DNA of 64,000 nucleotides from Mizuhopecten yessoensis (taxonomy: Eukaryota). The position numbers were made by a program, and so were the translations under genes. The notes beneath the pieces are model-generated. The model made no database searches. It saw nothing but the letters and a program-made list of their open reading frames with translations, and was not told the origin of the DNA. This document shows positions 1 to 14,432 of the stretch, piece after piece (the first letter of the stretch is position 1; the number at the start of each line of letters is the position of its first letter). The stretch spans positions 74,291 through 138,290 of the forward strand of contig NW_018403842.1 of NCBI RefSeq assembly GCF_002113885.1. Reading direction: 5' to 3'.

Positions 1-1178
1 TACTGAGGTAGGGACGGGTGTAAGAATAGACAGGAGTGACTGAGATAGGGACGGGTTTCAGAACAGACAGGATTGACTGAGGTAGGGACGCGTTACAGTA
101 CAGACAGGAGTGACTGATGTATGGACGTGTTTCAAAACACACAGGAGTGACTGAGGTAGGGACGGGTTACAGTACAGACCGGAGTTACTGAGGTAGGGAC
201 GAGTTACAGTACAGACAGGAGTGACTGATGTAGGAACGGGTTACAGTACAGACAGGAGTGACTGATGTAGGGACAGGTTACAGTACACACTGGAGTGACT
301 GACGTAGGGACGGGTGTCAGTATAGACAGGAGTGACGGAGGTAGCGACGGGTTACAGTACTGACAGGAATGACATGGGAAGGGACGGGTTACAGTACAGA
401 CAGGAGGGACATAGGAAGGGACGGGTTCCAGTATAGACAGGAGTGACGGAGATAGCGACGGGTTACAGTACTGACAGGAGGGACTGAGGTAGCGACGGGT
501 TACAGTAGTGACAAGAGTGACTGAGGTAGGGACGGGTGTCAGTACAGACAGGAGTGACTGAGGTAGGGACGGGTTACAGTATAGACAGGAGTGACGGAGA
601 TAGCGACGGGTTACAGTACTGACAGGAGTGACTGAGGTAGCGACGGGTTACAGTAGTGACAAGAGTGACTGAGGTAGGGACGGGTGTCAGTACAGACAGG
701 AGTGACTGAGGGAGGGACGGGTTACATTATAGACAGGAGTGACTGAGGTAGGGACGGGTTGCAGTACAGACAGGAGTGACATGGGAAGGGACGGGTTACA
801 GTGTAGACAGGGGTGACGGAGGTAGCGACGGGTTACAGTACTGACAGGAGTGACTGAGGTAGCGACGGGTTACAGTAGTGACAGGAGTGACTGAGGTAGG
901 GACGGGTGTCAGTACAGACAGGAGTGACTGAGGGAGGGACGGGTTACAGTATAGACAGGAGGGACTGAGGGAGGGACGGGTTACAGTATAGACAGGAGAG
1001 ACTGAGGTAGGGACGGGTGTCAGTATAGCCAGGAGTGACTTAGGTAGGGACGGGTTACAGTACAGACAGGAGTGACGGAGGTAGGGACGGGTGTCAATAG
1101 AGGCAGGAGTGACTGAGGTAGGGACTGGTTACAGTATAGACAGGAGTGACGGAGGTAGGGACGGGTTACAGTATAGAT
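1..1178. repeat. Minisatellite, 37-bp unit (GTGACTGAGGTAGGGACGGGTTACAGTACAGACAGGA), ~31 copies, runs off the left edge
   Basis: CTGAGGTAGG recurs at 151 and 188 (period 37); the array is continuous with scattered substitutions to ~1178. Confidence 0.95.
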
Positions 1179-2799
1179 ACTAGTAATATAAGGAGAGGCG
1201 GATTTAGTAGACAATATTTATTTGAGGTAATTATCTTGTTTTATTTGGATTTGACCCGTTTTGATTAAGACCAGCATGAATGTTCATAAAAAGATATTTA
1301 TTATCGATGTTATTACACGTCCTGTGACGTCAAAATTAAGAAAATAGTCTTCACATAACGACACTGTAATTAATTTCATTAGAATAAAATGTCCAAAGGA
1401 AAAAAAATGACAATGGTTGAACGACTCTTGATGGAAGCGGCTTGATGACAGAAGCTTAATTAATCAAACGAAATTTTGCAAAATAATGAAGCTGATTGGT
1501 TTTTACGATTGAACCTTGTCAGTTTTACGTGGAAAACTTCCCTCGACTATGTTAAAAACCACAAAAACACATAAGATGATAATTTGATGGCAAAATAATA
1601 CGAAAAGAAAACGATGCCGAGATATATGTGAGATACATGTAGTTCAAAACGATTAAATCCCTGCATATATTGGGAACTTCTGTTTGATATTATTTGCGAT
1701 ATCTGTGAACACATATGTACCTGATCCATCCGTACAATATTCTCACACATTCTTACGTACGTCTAAAATTCCTCGGCACACATATCGCGCTTCTAAACAC
1801 GTCACAGGATTCGTTTTTATGTGTCATTTGATTTCTCGTGTTTTCATCTTATGACGTCATCAGCGGGATCCATTTCAATCCACAATCAGTGTAGTGGTTA
1901 GCGGCGCTTTGTCTTCCTCTGTGGGATTTCTGATTGAATATTGTGAGCACATCAGCAGTTCATTTCAACACTTAACACCAATTGTGACAAATTCAAAAGT
2001 ACATGTACATCGCTTTAGAACTAACCTAGTAGGATATCTCGGTAGAGTACGTTCTCGTTATTACGACATCAGGAAACTTGGTTCAAATAAATATCGTTAT
2101 TACCATGTCAGACAACTTGGTAGAGTGAAAATATAGAGCAACTCGGTAGAAAAACATCTCGTTATAACGAAATCGGGAAACTCTGTACTGTAAATTCTCC
2201 TTATCACGCCGATGCACACAACTCGGTAGAATGATCCGGTTCAGTAAATTATCTTTATTACTACGACACACAACTCAGTAGGACGATTCCTGTTATATCC
2301 AAATCGTATAATTCAGTAGAATTGCAATGTCAAAAGAACATAACACCGACATTCGGTGTTAAAAATACGCTTGAAAGTAAAATCATCGTCATTGTTGATA
2401 TTGAAGGTTTTGAACCGAAGGAAAGGTTTTCCTGCTTGAATACATCGGACAGATACGATAACAACAAACAGAGGATGGCCTTAGCTTAGTTTGTGTAATT
2501 CGGTCGAAGTTACCCCGCTGGTCGAAGTTTCCCCGCTGATCGAAGTATTACCACCTTACCCTACACTGCAGAGTGACGTTAGAGTGATTCTTGTTAGTGC
2601 GACGTCGGATAAAATAGAACAATAAGGTATCGTTATATAACGACGTTGGACAACACGACAGAGAAAAACTGAACATGTGTAATCCTGAAACCTGTATAAA
2701 CAAGGACTTCAACTAGGCCCAGTCTTCTTTTACCTAGGTTTGTACCGTTCAGCCAATCCATTTTGCACCGAACGGCCATTTTGTTTTACTGAAATACGT

Positions 2800-3050
2800 A
2801 ATCCGTGAGAACCTGTTTATCGGCTTATGGATCAACACTCGGCTTTAACACGATATATGAAAAGGTATATGGTTCCCATCACGACCATGTGCAAGCCATG
2901 GGTTTTCTACGGGTACTCCAGTATCCTCTCACATTAAGAAACCCTAAGACCCCATATACGCGCTACCATCGAGGCCAAGAAGAGTGACACATATACATTT
3001 GTTAGTTGACGAAGATTTTGTTTCATAATTGTTTTGAGATAAAGAAAGTT
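2800..3050 (+). mobile_element. Degenerate V-domain-type SINE fragment
   Basis: GGGTTTTCTACGGGTACTCCAGTATCCTCTCACA (~2900-2933) resembles the V-SINE core GGTTTTCTCCGGGTACTCCGGTTTCCTCCCAC; homologous to the copies at ~21030 and ~53005. Confidence 0.55.
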
Positions 3051-6000
3051 AAGTTTAAATTTTATTCATCATCCAAGTTGTTTCGGGTTTTGTTGCAAAA
3101 CGTTTTGAACACCAGAAGCCGAATTTTAAAATTCCTTGTCTCTTATCAAGTTACAAGAAAAAAGCGACGCCTTTTAATCGGGCGGCAGAAATTTTGAGTC
3201 CTAGAACATACCTGCTGATGTTAAAATTTTCATACTTAATAATTAAGGAAAGATCAGTAATGAAACACTTGTCCTTCATTTGTAATTGAGTGGTGTAACT
3301 TGATGCAATCCGTTTTTCTGTAGCTATAATTACACAACTTTGAGACACATTGTGTTGAAATTTGAACCAGTATTAATTTTGTAACAAATGAAATCCAAAA
3401 GAAAACCACACACATATTTGTCATGGGATTCACCGTGACTACCATCTAATAAATAACACGGAATACACATTTTTCGTCATATATCCTGAAAAAGTACCTT
3501 TTCGGCTATTCACATAATGTCAGGCTGATAAGGCTTGTGTCTATAAAGGGTCTGGTAATAATTTGGAATTTCTATACACGACAGGTGATGGCGATATGGA
3601 CAATCTCTTATCGATTTTCTTACAGCTATGGCAGTAACGAGATGAATTGAGTTTAATTCCTTGGTCTGTAGAAGTTGGATATTTTTAATAACGCGTATAT
3701 TTTCAGAAGTGTTAGATGTAATTTAAATATCTTTTTACAGATAGACCAACATGACTAGACCAAGCTAAAATCGCTAATGTCACTTCTTGCAACTTCGAGA
3801 CACACAAAAATATAGATTATTATTGGGGTTGTTTAATTACATGTTAGTAGATGACGACAGAGAATAGATATCATGTTTGAGATAACATATACAGAGTTGA
3901 TTATATAACCACTTAAACATTCCATTCAGCCCTCGAGTGCAAAATCAGTCACTCGAGGGCTCATGAGGGTTGTTGTATCAAAATGGCCATAATATAGACC
4001 GTTTATCATATATTTGTTATACATTACAAACAATCGTTTGACATTTCCTTTGCCCCCCCCCCCCCCATAAAACTTGAATAAGTTGAAATTCAACTAAATC
4101 AAACCAATAAATATGTAAAATAAATATTGTCTCTTGAAATGTGCTAAGCGTACATTCTATAGGCGCAAATTCTTACTTAAACCACAAAGATAGATAAATT
4201 TAAACACGTTGCATCTCTGGTAAACGTCGTACACTTAAACATAATACATACTATTTATGTGTAATAAATGAGGCTATTTATTAAGTATTTAACGGTCCAT
4301 TTGATACGATTGTTTAAAAGCATTTTAAGTATGTTTAGAGAGTTATGGGCAATGACAAACATATAAAAAAAAAATATTTTAAATAAAAATAAATACAATG
4401 TACAAGTAATGACAAAACAGTTACATATATGCTTGGATACATTTATTGCAAAGCAACGAGAAAAACGTATAGAAATCCGGAACCATGCACACGGTATCCG
4501 CTTTCCAGATTGACACTCGGGTGGTAATAGCGACGGCCTTTAAAAATAGTCAAACTGGATCTAGCTGTCTTAAAATATTAACTAAAACTCGTCTTCTATA
4601 TGAATTATTTACTGTACGTATTTCTCGTCTTAAAATATTTATATAGTCAAAATGACATAAGTTTCCCTTACATAAAACTTCGTTGTCGAAGTTTTGTTTT
4701 CAACTTAACACATGTTATAAATGAGTTGTTTGTTTTCCCAGATCAGCGATCCGGCTGATAAATCAGAGGTTAATACATGGCGCGTAGCAGGCAGATATGG
4801 ATCGGACCGAGGGATGACCTATGCACTGTTAGTAGTATCGCATATGCAAAGCGGCTAGATCAGAGATAAGTACAAAATAAGCAGCTTCTCCTCAATTCAG
4901 GACCGACGTCAGTTCACCCGGGTTTGCTGTTCCGTATTTGGTTCACCGTTTACAATACTCCTGTCGGCGGCAGTCAACAAACCATTACGAGCGAAGCACG
5001 TACGAAGCTTCTCAAAGAAAATCAACAATGTACATATTACAATGATGTTTTTGTTTGGTTATTTTCTTAAAAATAATAAGAAAATAACAAACACATAAAC
5101 TTAAAAGCATTATGATGTATACCCATAAGATGGCACATACAATTACAATTGATTGATTTTCATAATTAAAACTGTTGAATTGAACCAGTTCCTTGGCACG
5201 TTTTAAAGTGTGAAATGGAAAGGTTAGGATACGAATGTTAGCGTCAAACTTGTTATTATTATCATTCGGACGTTGGCCCAGGTGGACTGATATCAAAACA
5301 ATTAGACAAACGGTATGGAATCAAAATAATCATAAAAAAACTTCTAATCATAATAGACTTATATTTCAATACAGACTTTTATATTTGCCACAGTAGATGT
5401 TTCCGGTTTTAGCCCTCACATCCTCAATGTTTAATAATGATATGACAATAATAATAATATACAACATTTATATAGCGCCCTATATAATTTGTAAAACAAC
5501 TTTACAACATATTGATAATAGTATTAGTTTAAACATATTTTATTGACGTAAATAAGGACAATTAGGATTGAGCACAAGTTTTGCCAACTTAGTAATGCCC
5601 TCTCCTTAAATACATCATGTTGTATAATACATAATGGGCAGCAGTGAATTAACTTTATCCGATCATATAGTAGAAACAGTGGGGGAAGGAAAGCAAGAAA
5701 AAGTAGGGCAAAAGATAGGTAGGAACATCCCCTAAATATATAAATAATATACAAACACATGTAAATGTTTAAAACAATATTTGATCAACAGTTATCTGAC
5801 TAGCTGGAATAACATCAATCAACACTTTCATAAACAATTAATAATATAATAGTACATGGGGGTGTATTAGTTATAATTTTGAAACAAAATGGCTTACAAT
5901 CACCATTACACATTGAGCAAGATGATAATCATCTTATTGTGCACATAAATGAATCAATAACGGGTGGTATGTACATGACGTTTGTGCAAAGAGTCTAAAA

Positions 6001-7539
6001 TGCAGACGTAAAGAGGTGAGTTTTGTCCTTCTTGAATTTGGCCAGGGTATTTGACTTTCAATAGCTAGTAAGCAATATTCCACAGCATGGTCGAAACCCT
6101 CCCAAAGCACCTGTTTCCATATAGGTCACAGTTTAACGATTGCATTGGAGCGCAAAGGTAAATACCATTTATCATGCAATGTACACCCCTCGAAATACCT
6201 CTTTCAAATAACCTTAAGTTCAAAGTGCCCATTTTAAAATAATCTTTGAATGCCTCTGAAGTTTAATATTGTGTATGTATAATCTGACGCCTGCTCTAAG
6301 CAGACATTGGAATAACGGGCTGATACAGAACAGAGAAGTATATTCTGGCTTCATACTGGATATCACATTAAATTTATGGAAATATGGATGTGAAACAGTC
6401 ATATTACCGGATCTAAGTGTAAGGTAAAAACCCTTCACATTCATTAGACGGTGAAAGAACGTCAGGTGGCATGGCCATCGGTCTGTCACTTACACCCTCG
6501 GATTTGCCTTGGGTGACAGGGATAACCACAGGTCGGCCTTAGCGCTGTCATCGTTTTACCAGATCTAGACCTTCTAATGTTTCCTGCTTATGCAAATCTG
6601 TTAGCCTTTTCACCCCACCCCCTGTCTTTGTTTTTTAATTTATGAAACCCGAGACATTAAGCGACACATGCATGTAATGCTTGAGTACTGAATATTAAAA
6701 ATTAGTGAAATTATTGCCGTGATTATCTGATATTGTACATGCACAATACGTAGGTACATATACGTAGATAGGTACGTATACGTAGGTACATATACATGGT
6801 ACAATATGCGGCGGTGAGACGGAGTAGATCTATACATATGTACAGGTATATATGACGGTGGCTAACTAGAACGCTATTTTATAGGTAGGACAAGGTACGA
6901 CATGGTCTATGATGTACACATGATGTAGGGCACAGGTTAAATATACGTCGATATTTGCCTGGTAAGTGGTGTGTGACGTGTAAGTACATTGTACTTACGT
7001 TGTAAATATTTCAAATAGTTCACGGTTCGTGGCATTGGATGCCGGATGCTATAAGAGTAAACAAGCTTGATTTTTTGGGGAACATAATAAAAAGATGTTG
7101 TGTCAAAACTACGTCTACCTGTATAAAACCCCTAGCAGGCATAGTATGTTGATGGGCAATAAACCGGAAAAAAACAACTTACTATCAATGACGTATTATG
7201 TTTATATACAAATGAATATGTAAATATGGTGAAACTATTGTTTGAAATGATCGCAACTCGAACCAAATAAGTGAAACTTAAGGAGTTATGGTACCTTATT
7301 GTTTATTATCTACAAAAGAGTTTTACATGTTGAAACATGTACACTTATTTCATTCATAAACAGTCATGACTATTATCATCAATAACCGTTGAGATATTGA
7401 AAGCGGTGGTAATTTTGACTGGTAATGTGTATTTAAAGTGAGTAACTAAACAATATCTCGATTATTAGAAAAGGCAGCATCTGTCATCAAGCTGTCCATG
7501 GACGTTATTTACCTTAAATAACATTTTTTAAATTTCTGC

Positions 7540-10500
7540 TGCGAGACATACCCTTGTAAACAGGAAGTCTGTCCCTACATCGAGACATCCCCTTTGCGAT
7601 GATTTGTATATTTCATCATGTATGTTTTATGGGAAAAGACGGATTTTAAGTTTTGAAACTGGTGTCTGATCCCATTTGTATATTTGCAAATAAAATATGT
7701 TTAAGTCAAAACATCCCCTGGTAAACAAGAAGTCTGTCTCTACACTTAGACATCCCCTGTCAAACATGAAGTCTGTCTCTACACTTAGGCATGCCCTGGT
7801 AAATAGGAGGCCTTTCCCTACACTGAGCCATTCCCTGTTAAACAGGCGGTCTGTCCGTACACAGAGACAATACCTGGTAAACAGGAAGTCTGTCTCTACA
7901 CTGAGACATTCCCTGGTAAACACGAAGTCTGTCCTTACACAGAGACATTCCCTGGTAAACACGAAGTCTGTCCTTACACAGAGACATTCCCTGGTAAACA
8001 GGAAGTCTGTCCTTACACAGAGACATTCCCTGGNCATCCCTACACAGAGACATTCCCTGGTAAACAAGAAGTATGTCTCTGCACTGATACATTTCCTGGT
8101 AAACAGGCGGGCGGTCCTTACACAGAGACAATCCCTGGTAAACAGAAAGTCTGTCTCTACAAAGAGACAATCCCTGGTAAACATGAAGTCTGTCCTTACA
8201 CCGAGGCATCCTCTGGTAACCACGAAGTCTGTCCTTACACCGAGGCATCCTCTGGTAACCACGAAGTCTGTCCTTACACCGAGGCATCCTCTGGTAACCA
8301 CGAAGTCTGTCCTTACACAAAGACACCCTCTGTTAAACAGGAAGTGTGTCTTTACACAAAGACATCTTCAAAAAAACCCAAAAAGCATATGGCCTACACA
8401 GTCCCCAACCACATAGTTACCGGAACGATTGAAATCTATATCCATAATTTAAACTCTGGTGTCTGATCCCATTTGTATATTTGCAAATAAAATATGTTGA
8501 AATCAAAACATCCCCTGGTAAACACGAAGGCTGTCCTTACACAGAGAAATTCCCTGGTAAACACGCAGTCTGTCCTTACACAGATACATTCCCTGGTAAA
8601 CAAGAAGTATGTCTCTGCACTGATACATTTCCTGGTAAACAGGCGGTCTTTCCTTACACAGAGACAATACCTGGTAACCAGGAAGTCTGTCTCTACACCG
8701 AACAACATCTGTTAAAAAGGAAGTCTGTCTTTACACAAAGACACTCTCTGTTAAACAGGAAGTCTGGCTCTACACTGAGACATCCCCTGGAAAAGACGAA
8801 GCCTGTCCTTACACAAAGACACCCTCTGTTAAATATGAAGTCTGTCTCTACACTGAACAACATCTGTTAAACAGGAAGGCTGTCTTTACACAAAGACTAC
8901 CTAAAAAAAAAAAAAAAAAAATATATGGCCTACACAGTCACCAACCACATAGTTACCGGAACGATTGAAATCTATATCCATAATTTAAACTCTGGTGTCT
9001 GATCCCATTTGTATATTTGCAAATAAAATATGTTTAAATCAAAACAGCCTCTGGTAAACATGAAGTCTGTCCTTACACAAAGACACCCTCTGTTAAATAT
9101 GAAGTCTGTCTCTACACCGAAACATCCCCTTGTAAACACGAAGTATGTCCTTACAAAGAGACATTCCCTGGTAAACAAGAAGTATGTCTCTGCACTGAGA
9201 AATTCCCTGGTAAACACGAAGGCTGTCCTTACACAGAGAAATTCCCTGGTAAACATGAAGTCTGTCTCTACACTTAGACATCCCCTGTCAAACATGAAGT
9301 CTGTCTCTACACTTAGACATCCCCTGTCAAACATGAAGTCTGTCTCTACACTGAGAGTTCCCCTCGTAAACACGAAGTATGTCCTTACAAAGAGACATTC
9401 CCTGGTATACACTAAGTCTGTCCTTACACAGATACATTCCCTGGTAAACAAGAAGTATGTCTCTGCACTGAGAAATTCCCTGGTAAACACGCAGTCTGTC
9501 CTTACACAGATACATTCCCTGGTAAACACGAAGTCTGTCCGTACACAGAGACATTCCCTAGTAAACAGGAAGTATGTCTCAGCACTGAGACATTTCCTGG
9601 TAAACAGGCGGGCGGTCCTTACACAGAGACAATCCCTGGTAAACATGAAGTCTGTCCTTACACCGAGGCATCCTCTGGTAACCACGAAGTCTGTCCTTAC
9701 ACAAAGACACCCTCTGTTAAACAGGAAGTATGTCCTTACACAGAGACATTCCCGGGTAAACACGAAGTCTGTCCGTACACAGAGACATTCCCGGGTAAAC
9801 ACGAAGTCTGTCCTTACACCGAGGCATCCTCTGGTAACCACGAAGTCTGTCCTTACACAAAGACACCCTCTGGTAAACATGAAGTCTGTCCTTACACCGA
9901 GGCATCCTCTGGTAACCACGAAGTCTGTCCTTACACAGAGACACTACCGGGTAAACAGGAAGTCTGGCTCTACACTGAGACATTTCCTGGTAAACAGGCG
10001 GGCGGTCCTTACACAGAGACATCCCCTGGTAAACACGAAGGCTGTCCTTACACAGAGAAATTCCCTGGTAAACATGAAGTCTGTCCTTACACCGAGGCAT
10101 CCTCTGGTAACCACGAAGTCTGTCCTTACACCGAGGCATCCTCTGGTAACCACGAAGTCTGTCCTTACACAGATACATTCCCTGGTAAACAAGAAGTATG
10201 TCTCTGCACTGATACATTTCCTGGTAAACAGGCGGGCGGTCCTTACACAGAGACATTCCCTGGTAAACAAGAAGTATGTCTCTGCACTGAGAAATTCCCT
10301 GGTAAACATGAAGTCTGTCCTTACACAAAGACACCCTCTGTTAAATATGAAGTCTGTCTCTACACTTAGACATCCCCTGTCAAACATGAAGTCTGTCTCT
10401 ACACCGAAACATCCCCTGGTAAACAGGAAGTCTGTCTTTACACAAAGACATCCTCAAAAAAACCCAAAAAGTATATGGCCTACACAGTCACCAACCACAT

Positions 10501-10543
10501 AGTTACCGGAACGCTTGCAATCTATATCCATAATTTAAACTCT
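7540..10543. repeat. Composite satellite: 39-bp monomer (CCCTGGTAAACACGAAGTCTGTCCTTACACAGAGACATT) in three higher-order blocks with shared head and tail
   Basis: Head GGTGTCTGATCCCATTTGTATATTTGCAAATAAAATATG at ~7661, ~8458, ~8994; tail ATATGGCCTACACAGTC...GTTACCGGAACG...CCATAATTTAAACTCT at ~8387, ~8924, ~10473; roughly 17, 10 and 36 monomers per block. Confidence 0.93.
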
Positions 10544-11187
10544 TACAAGGCGTTCCTGTTATTTCACACAGTCTATGTGTCTCGACATGAGAACAAAGCT
10601 TACAAATGGATCTAACGCCAATTTTAATAATTCAACTTTATCAGGTATTCCAACTTTTTATATTTGCAATAATTACACAGTTTTTAAACTTATTTTATTG
10701 TAAACAAACAGTGAACACGTAATACAACAATTAGACAAAATATAGTTCGGTTTCTAGTGTACCATGAATACACAGAATATCATCGTATTTTCTTCACTAG
10801 CTACAGGGATAAGACAAGGTTAGAATGCCATTGGTTGACAGGTAAGTTATTTTTTAAAGTTTTAAATAACATTCCAAGTAATCATCAATATATGGAAACC
10901 AATATGTAACTGGAATTTGGACATATCACAGTAAGAATTGGAAGCAAACTGAAAACAAGTCGTGTATTTGGTAGAGGTTTAGGAAAACACAAAGTAACAC
11001 AGAGAAATAAACATTCAGGAAGACAAACTTACAAAATTAAGTCTAAAAACCTGAGAAATGGGAATTTGAAACTGAACATTAGCAAATCACACAGGCTGTT
11101 TACTAAGCCATGGTATAAAAAGACACCCATGCACTCAGTTTATGCGGCATTTTCTGCCAATTATAATTTAAAACAAATAATAAAAAG

Positions 11188-12720
11188 GTGAAAGATCTCA
11201 GCCCCAAAGGTTATAGATTTATGAATTTGGATTGTCTGCAATCTCATGTTACCGAGATGACCATGCATGCTTGTCTATGTGTTGGTGCAATGGAAATTGC
11301 CAGTGAAGGTAAACCCCAAATTAAGCTGGAAACCGAAGTCCGTTCATTAGGTCTGGCCAGTGTTATGTTGGCACAGTGCCAAGGATGTCTTAAACAGTAT
11401 AAATTAGAAACCAGCACAAAAGTCCCAGGATCCAAACGCTATGATGTTAATGTTCGTGCTGTTTGGGGCAGCACGGTAACTGGAAATGGTCCTTCTCACT
11501 TGAATGAGTTCTTGGCAACTATGAACTCCCCCGGTTTATCTCAGTCAACATTAAGTTCCATAGAAACTGATATTGGAATGTGGTGGCATTCGGTTTTAAG
11601 GAAGGACATGTTGCTAGCGGGTCAAGAGGAAAGAAATTTGGCAATTGAGCGCAATGACTTTCATCCAGAAGTCCATGCAATAACTGTAATAACAGATGGT
11701 GGTTGGTCCAATTGTGCAGCCAGAATACTGATAGGGAACATACTTGTTTAAAGAATTGACAGCCAGTCGATGGAAAGTGACATAATTTTACAAGGGTTCC
11801 TTGAATGTGAAAGCAAACACGGGGTAAGGTACATGAGTGTTGTTGGTGATGGTGATTCTTCCGTTTTTTCAAGAATCAGGGAAGAAGTTCCCTGTTGGAG
11901 AGGAGATGTTGCTAAACAAGAATGTGCCAACCATATTCGTAAATGTTATAGATCAAACCTAGAAAAGCTTGTCGTAGACAATCAAGTGTACAAAGGTAAA
12001 CACCATTTGTCAAATTCTACAAGAGTTAGACTCGTAAGTGCAGTTAGATGTGCCATCCATGTAGTATCTAAAGACTACAATGAACAGAAATTAGATCGTC
12101 CCAATGCGATTAAAAGATTGAGTCGTGACATTAAAAAATCAGTTCATCGTGTGTTTGGCAAACATGACCATTGATCTGATTTCTGTCAAGCTAAACTACA
12201 ACCACCACCATCATCAGCTGATGATAAGCTTCTTCTTCAAATGCAAGTGTTGATGAGGTTAGCTTTGTTGATGAGCAGGTCAGCTTCTGGAAAGAAGGTT
12301 CGTCAATATCAGCCCAGGAACAGGCCCGTTATGGAACATCAATTGACTACAGTAAGGTCGAACAGCACATCATTAAGGATGTAACATCACTCCTGGTTAG
12401 AATTGAAGAGAAAGCTGATCGTCTCGTCAACAACAGTACCACCAACTTAGTTGAAAGTTGGATGCACATCAGAACCAAGTGTGATGGGGGGAAAGTGCAC
12501 AACCTGTGTTATCGAGGTTCATGGCACGCACGTTGCTACGGTGGGGCGCTTAGGATGAATCTATGTCCACAGTGGGCTTGCAAGGTGTGGGAGTCAACAA
12601 CTGCTTCAGAGCCTGTGTGCTAATTCAGGAAAGTTTACGCTCGCCATGAAAAGACCCTAGCAAATTCAGTGCCTCACAAGTCCAAGCCCTATGTTCAAGA
12701 GCGCCGCTAGAAGAAGAAGA
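11188..12720 (+). pseudogene. Mutator-like DDE transposase domain, disrupted
   Basis: Motifs GYRFMNL, CQGC, YDVNVRAVWG, TDGGWS (first D), MESDIILQGF, VGDGDSS (second D), ECANH (CxxH), HRVFGKH, TTNLVESWMHIRTKCDGGK (E, ~12452). Stops, frameshifts and an apparent internal deletion just after DGGWS. Confidence 0.88.
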
Positions 12721-13573
12721 TGTCAGCCATCAAATCAAGCACCACTAAGAAGGCCCGACAAGCTTATGGTGCAGAAGCTATAGATGTAAGCGTTGATGTA
12801 TACACTAAAGAATTGGAAACATTAAAACAGCAATATTTGGACAAACATATCAACATTTCGGCCCAACAGTCCGACAAAATTACTAAATCAACAATTCAAC
12901 AATCCCAGTCTGGTATTTGGCATTCAGAAGAAAAAAAAGAGTCACAGCTTCAAATTTTGAATCGATGGTTAAAAGAAACCCATCATTACCTATTCAGAAA
13001 TTTGTGCGCAACCTGCTCTATAGTTCATTCCATGGAAATCGGTATACAAGAAATGGAATTCTTCAGGAAGATACCACAATAGTGGAATATAAAATGAAAA
13101 GGGCTGACAAAGGGGAAAACATACATGTTGAGCGCAGTGGATTAGTGAGGCATCCTATTCACAAATATTTGGCAGGAAGTCCAGATGGCGTAGTTTTTAC
13201 TTCCACTTGAGAAACTGGACTCTTGCAGATCAAACATTTGCTTCATTCGAAACCATTGAATCTTTGGCAGGCTTCAAAAAACAAACATTTCTGTTTAGAA
13301 AACTCCGAGGGAAAACTCAAACTAAAAACAACTCATATTTATTATTATCAGTGTCATGGCCTTCTAAACATATGCAACAAAGAGTGGATTGATTTTGTGG
13401 TTCGCACCTTAAATCCTCACCAACTGTTTATACAATGGATAAATAAGAATGACAATGTTTGGCAGAACATTATGCTCCCACATCTGACGTCTTTTTACAA
13501 CAACGTACTACTTCCAGAACTTGCTTGTCCAAGAGAAGGCAAAAGTCCAGGCATACGAGAACTTGGAATATGG
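12720..13573 (+). pseudogene. YqaJ-like / lambda-exonuclease (PD-(D/E)XK) domain of the same transposon protein, frameshifted
   Basis: TIQQSQSGIWH..RKKRVTASNF, SGLVRHPIHKYLAGSPDGVV, LLQIK, LKTTHIYYYQCHGLLNICNKEWIDFVV spread over ORFs 12720, 12917 and 13223; ends GIW at donor GTATGT (13574). Confidence 0.88.
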
Positions 13574-14277
13574 GTATGTTATGACATGTATTTTTACATT
13601 CAGTGCAATATTGACAATGCATATACAACATGTGAATACAGTATGAATATAAAGTGATATAAGGTTAAGTTCAGTCACACAGGGAGTGTTGTACATGTTT
13701 ATTAAGCAATTTGGTAAGTAAATATTCATATCAATTTTTTATGATGTGTATGTATGACTAGTAGCTGTATTTTGTTTTAATGTTTTGGCATATACATTGT
13801 TCACTGATGCATGTACATGAACTGTACATGTATAGTGTTTAATTTAAAGGGATTGAATTTTATGCTGTTGCTAGATCATCTGTTATTGTTCAAGTCAGCA
13901 TATCCTTACCGTTGGCTGGTGGTTTCAAAATTTACTGTACAAATAAATCTTGCAAGTCATAAACAAGATATGACCTACACTAAGTTAAACTGACTATTGC
14001 CAGCAACTATTGTTTTGCCCTTTGAAGGCTCACCATGAGTACCGGTATAATTAAATATAATAATATATATATAATCATCATTCTGTATTACCAACAATAC
14101 AGCTTTTGAAAATTGAACTATAAAAAAGGTAATTACATGAAGTAATTTAATACTTTGGACTGAACTGAAGTTTAATGTTCATTATTGCCAAACACACGTT
14201 CAGTGACAGTAATTATCTAAGGTTAATACATTGTGAATGACACTTCTTATACCCTATGTTAATTTGTATATTTACAG

Positions 14278-14432
14278 TATGTGGCATCAGAAAAACAAAA
14301 TCAACTTCGTACAAAAGGAACTCGGAAAAGAAAGTCAACTGCAGGAAAAGGAAGACAGTACAAGAAGGGTCGTCTGTAGAGGTCTGACAGTGGTGACGCT
14401 GAACCACAGAGACTCGTACCAGTTCGTAACAG
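14278..14432 (+). pseudogene. Internal exon of the transposon gene: basic, NLS-like linker
   Basis: Acceptor TTTACAG; phase 0 matches the upstream donor; reads YVASEKQNQLRTKGTRKRKSTAGKGRQYKKGRL*RSDSGDAEPQRLVPVRN with one stop; donor degenerate (AG|GAAGCT), phase 2. Confidence 0.6.

Noticed and set aside
4742-5010. GC-richer patch after an acceptor-like TTTTCCCAG
   Set aside because: All frames hit stops within ~40 codons, no recognisable motif, no partner exons.
7700-10460. CRISPR-like array (also considered for 1-1178, 35273-36700 and 54850-56733)
   Set aside because: Units are head-to-tail with no unique spacers, there are no cas genes, and the context is eukaryotic.
7627-10502. Long ORFs (up to 490 aa) on both strands as real genes
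   Set aside because: They arise from a 39-bp unit (a multiple of 3) that lacks stops in several frames on both strands; no domain, splice or codon evidence.
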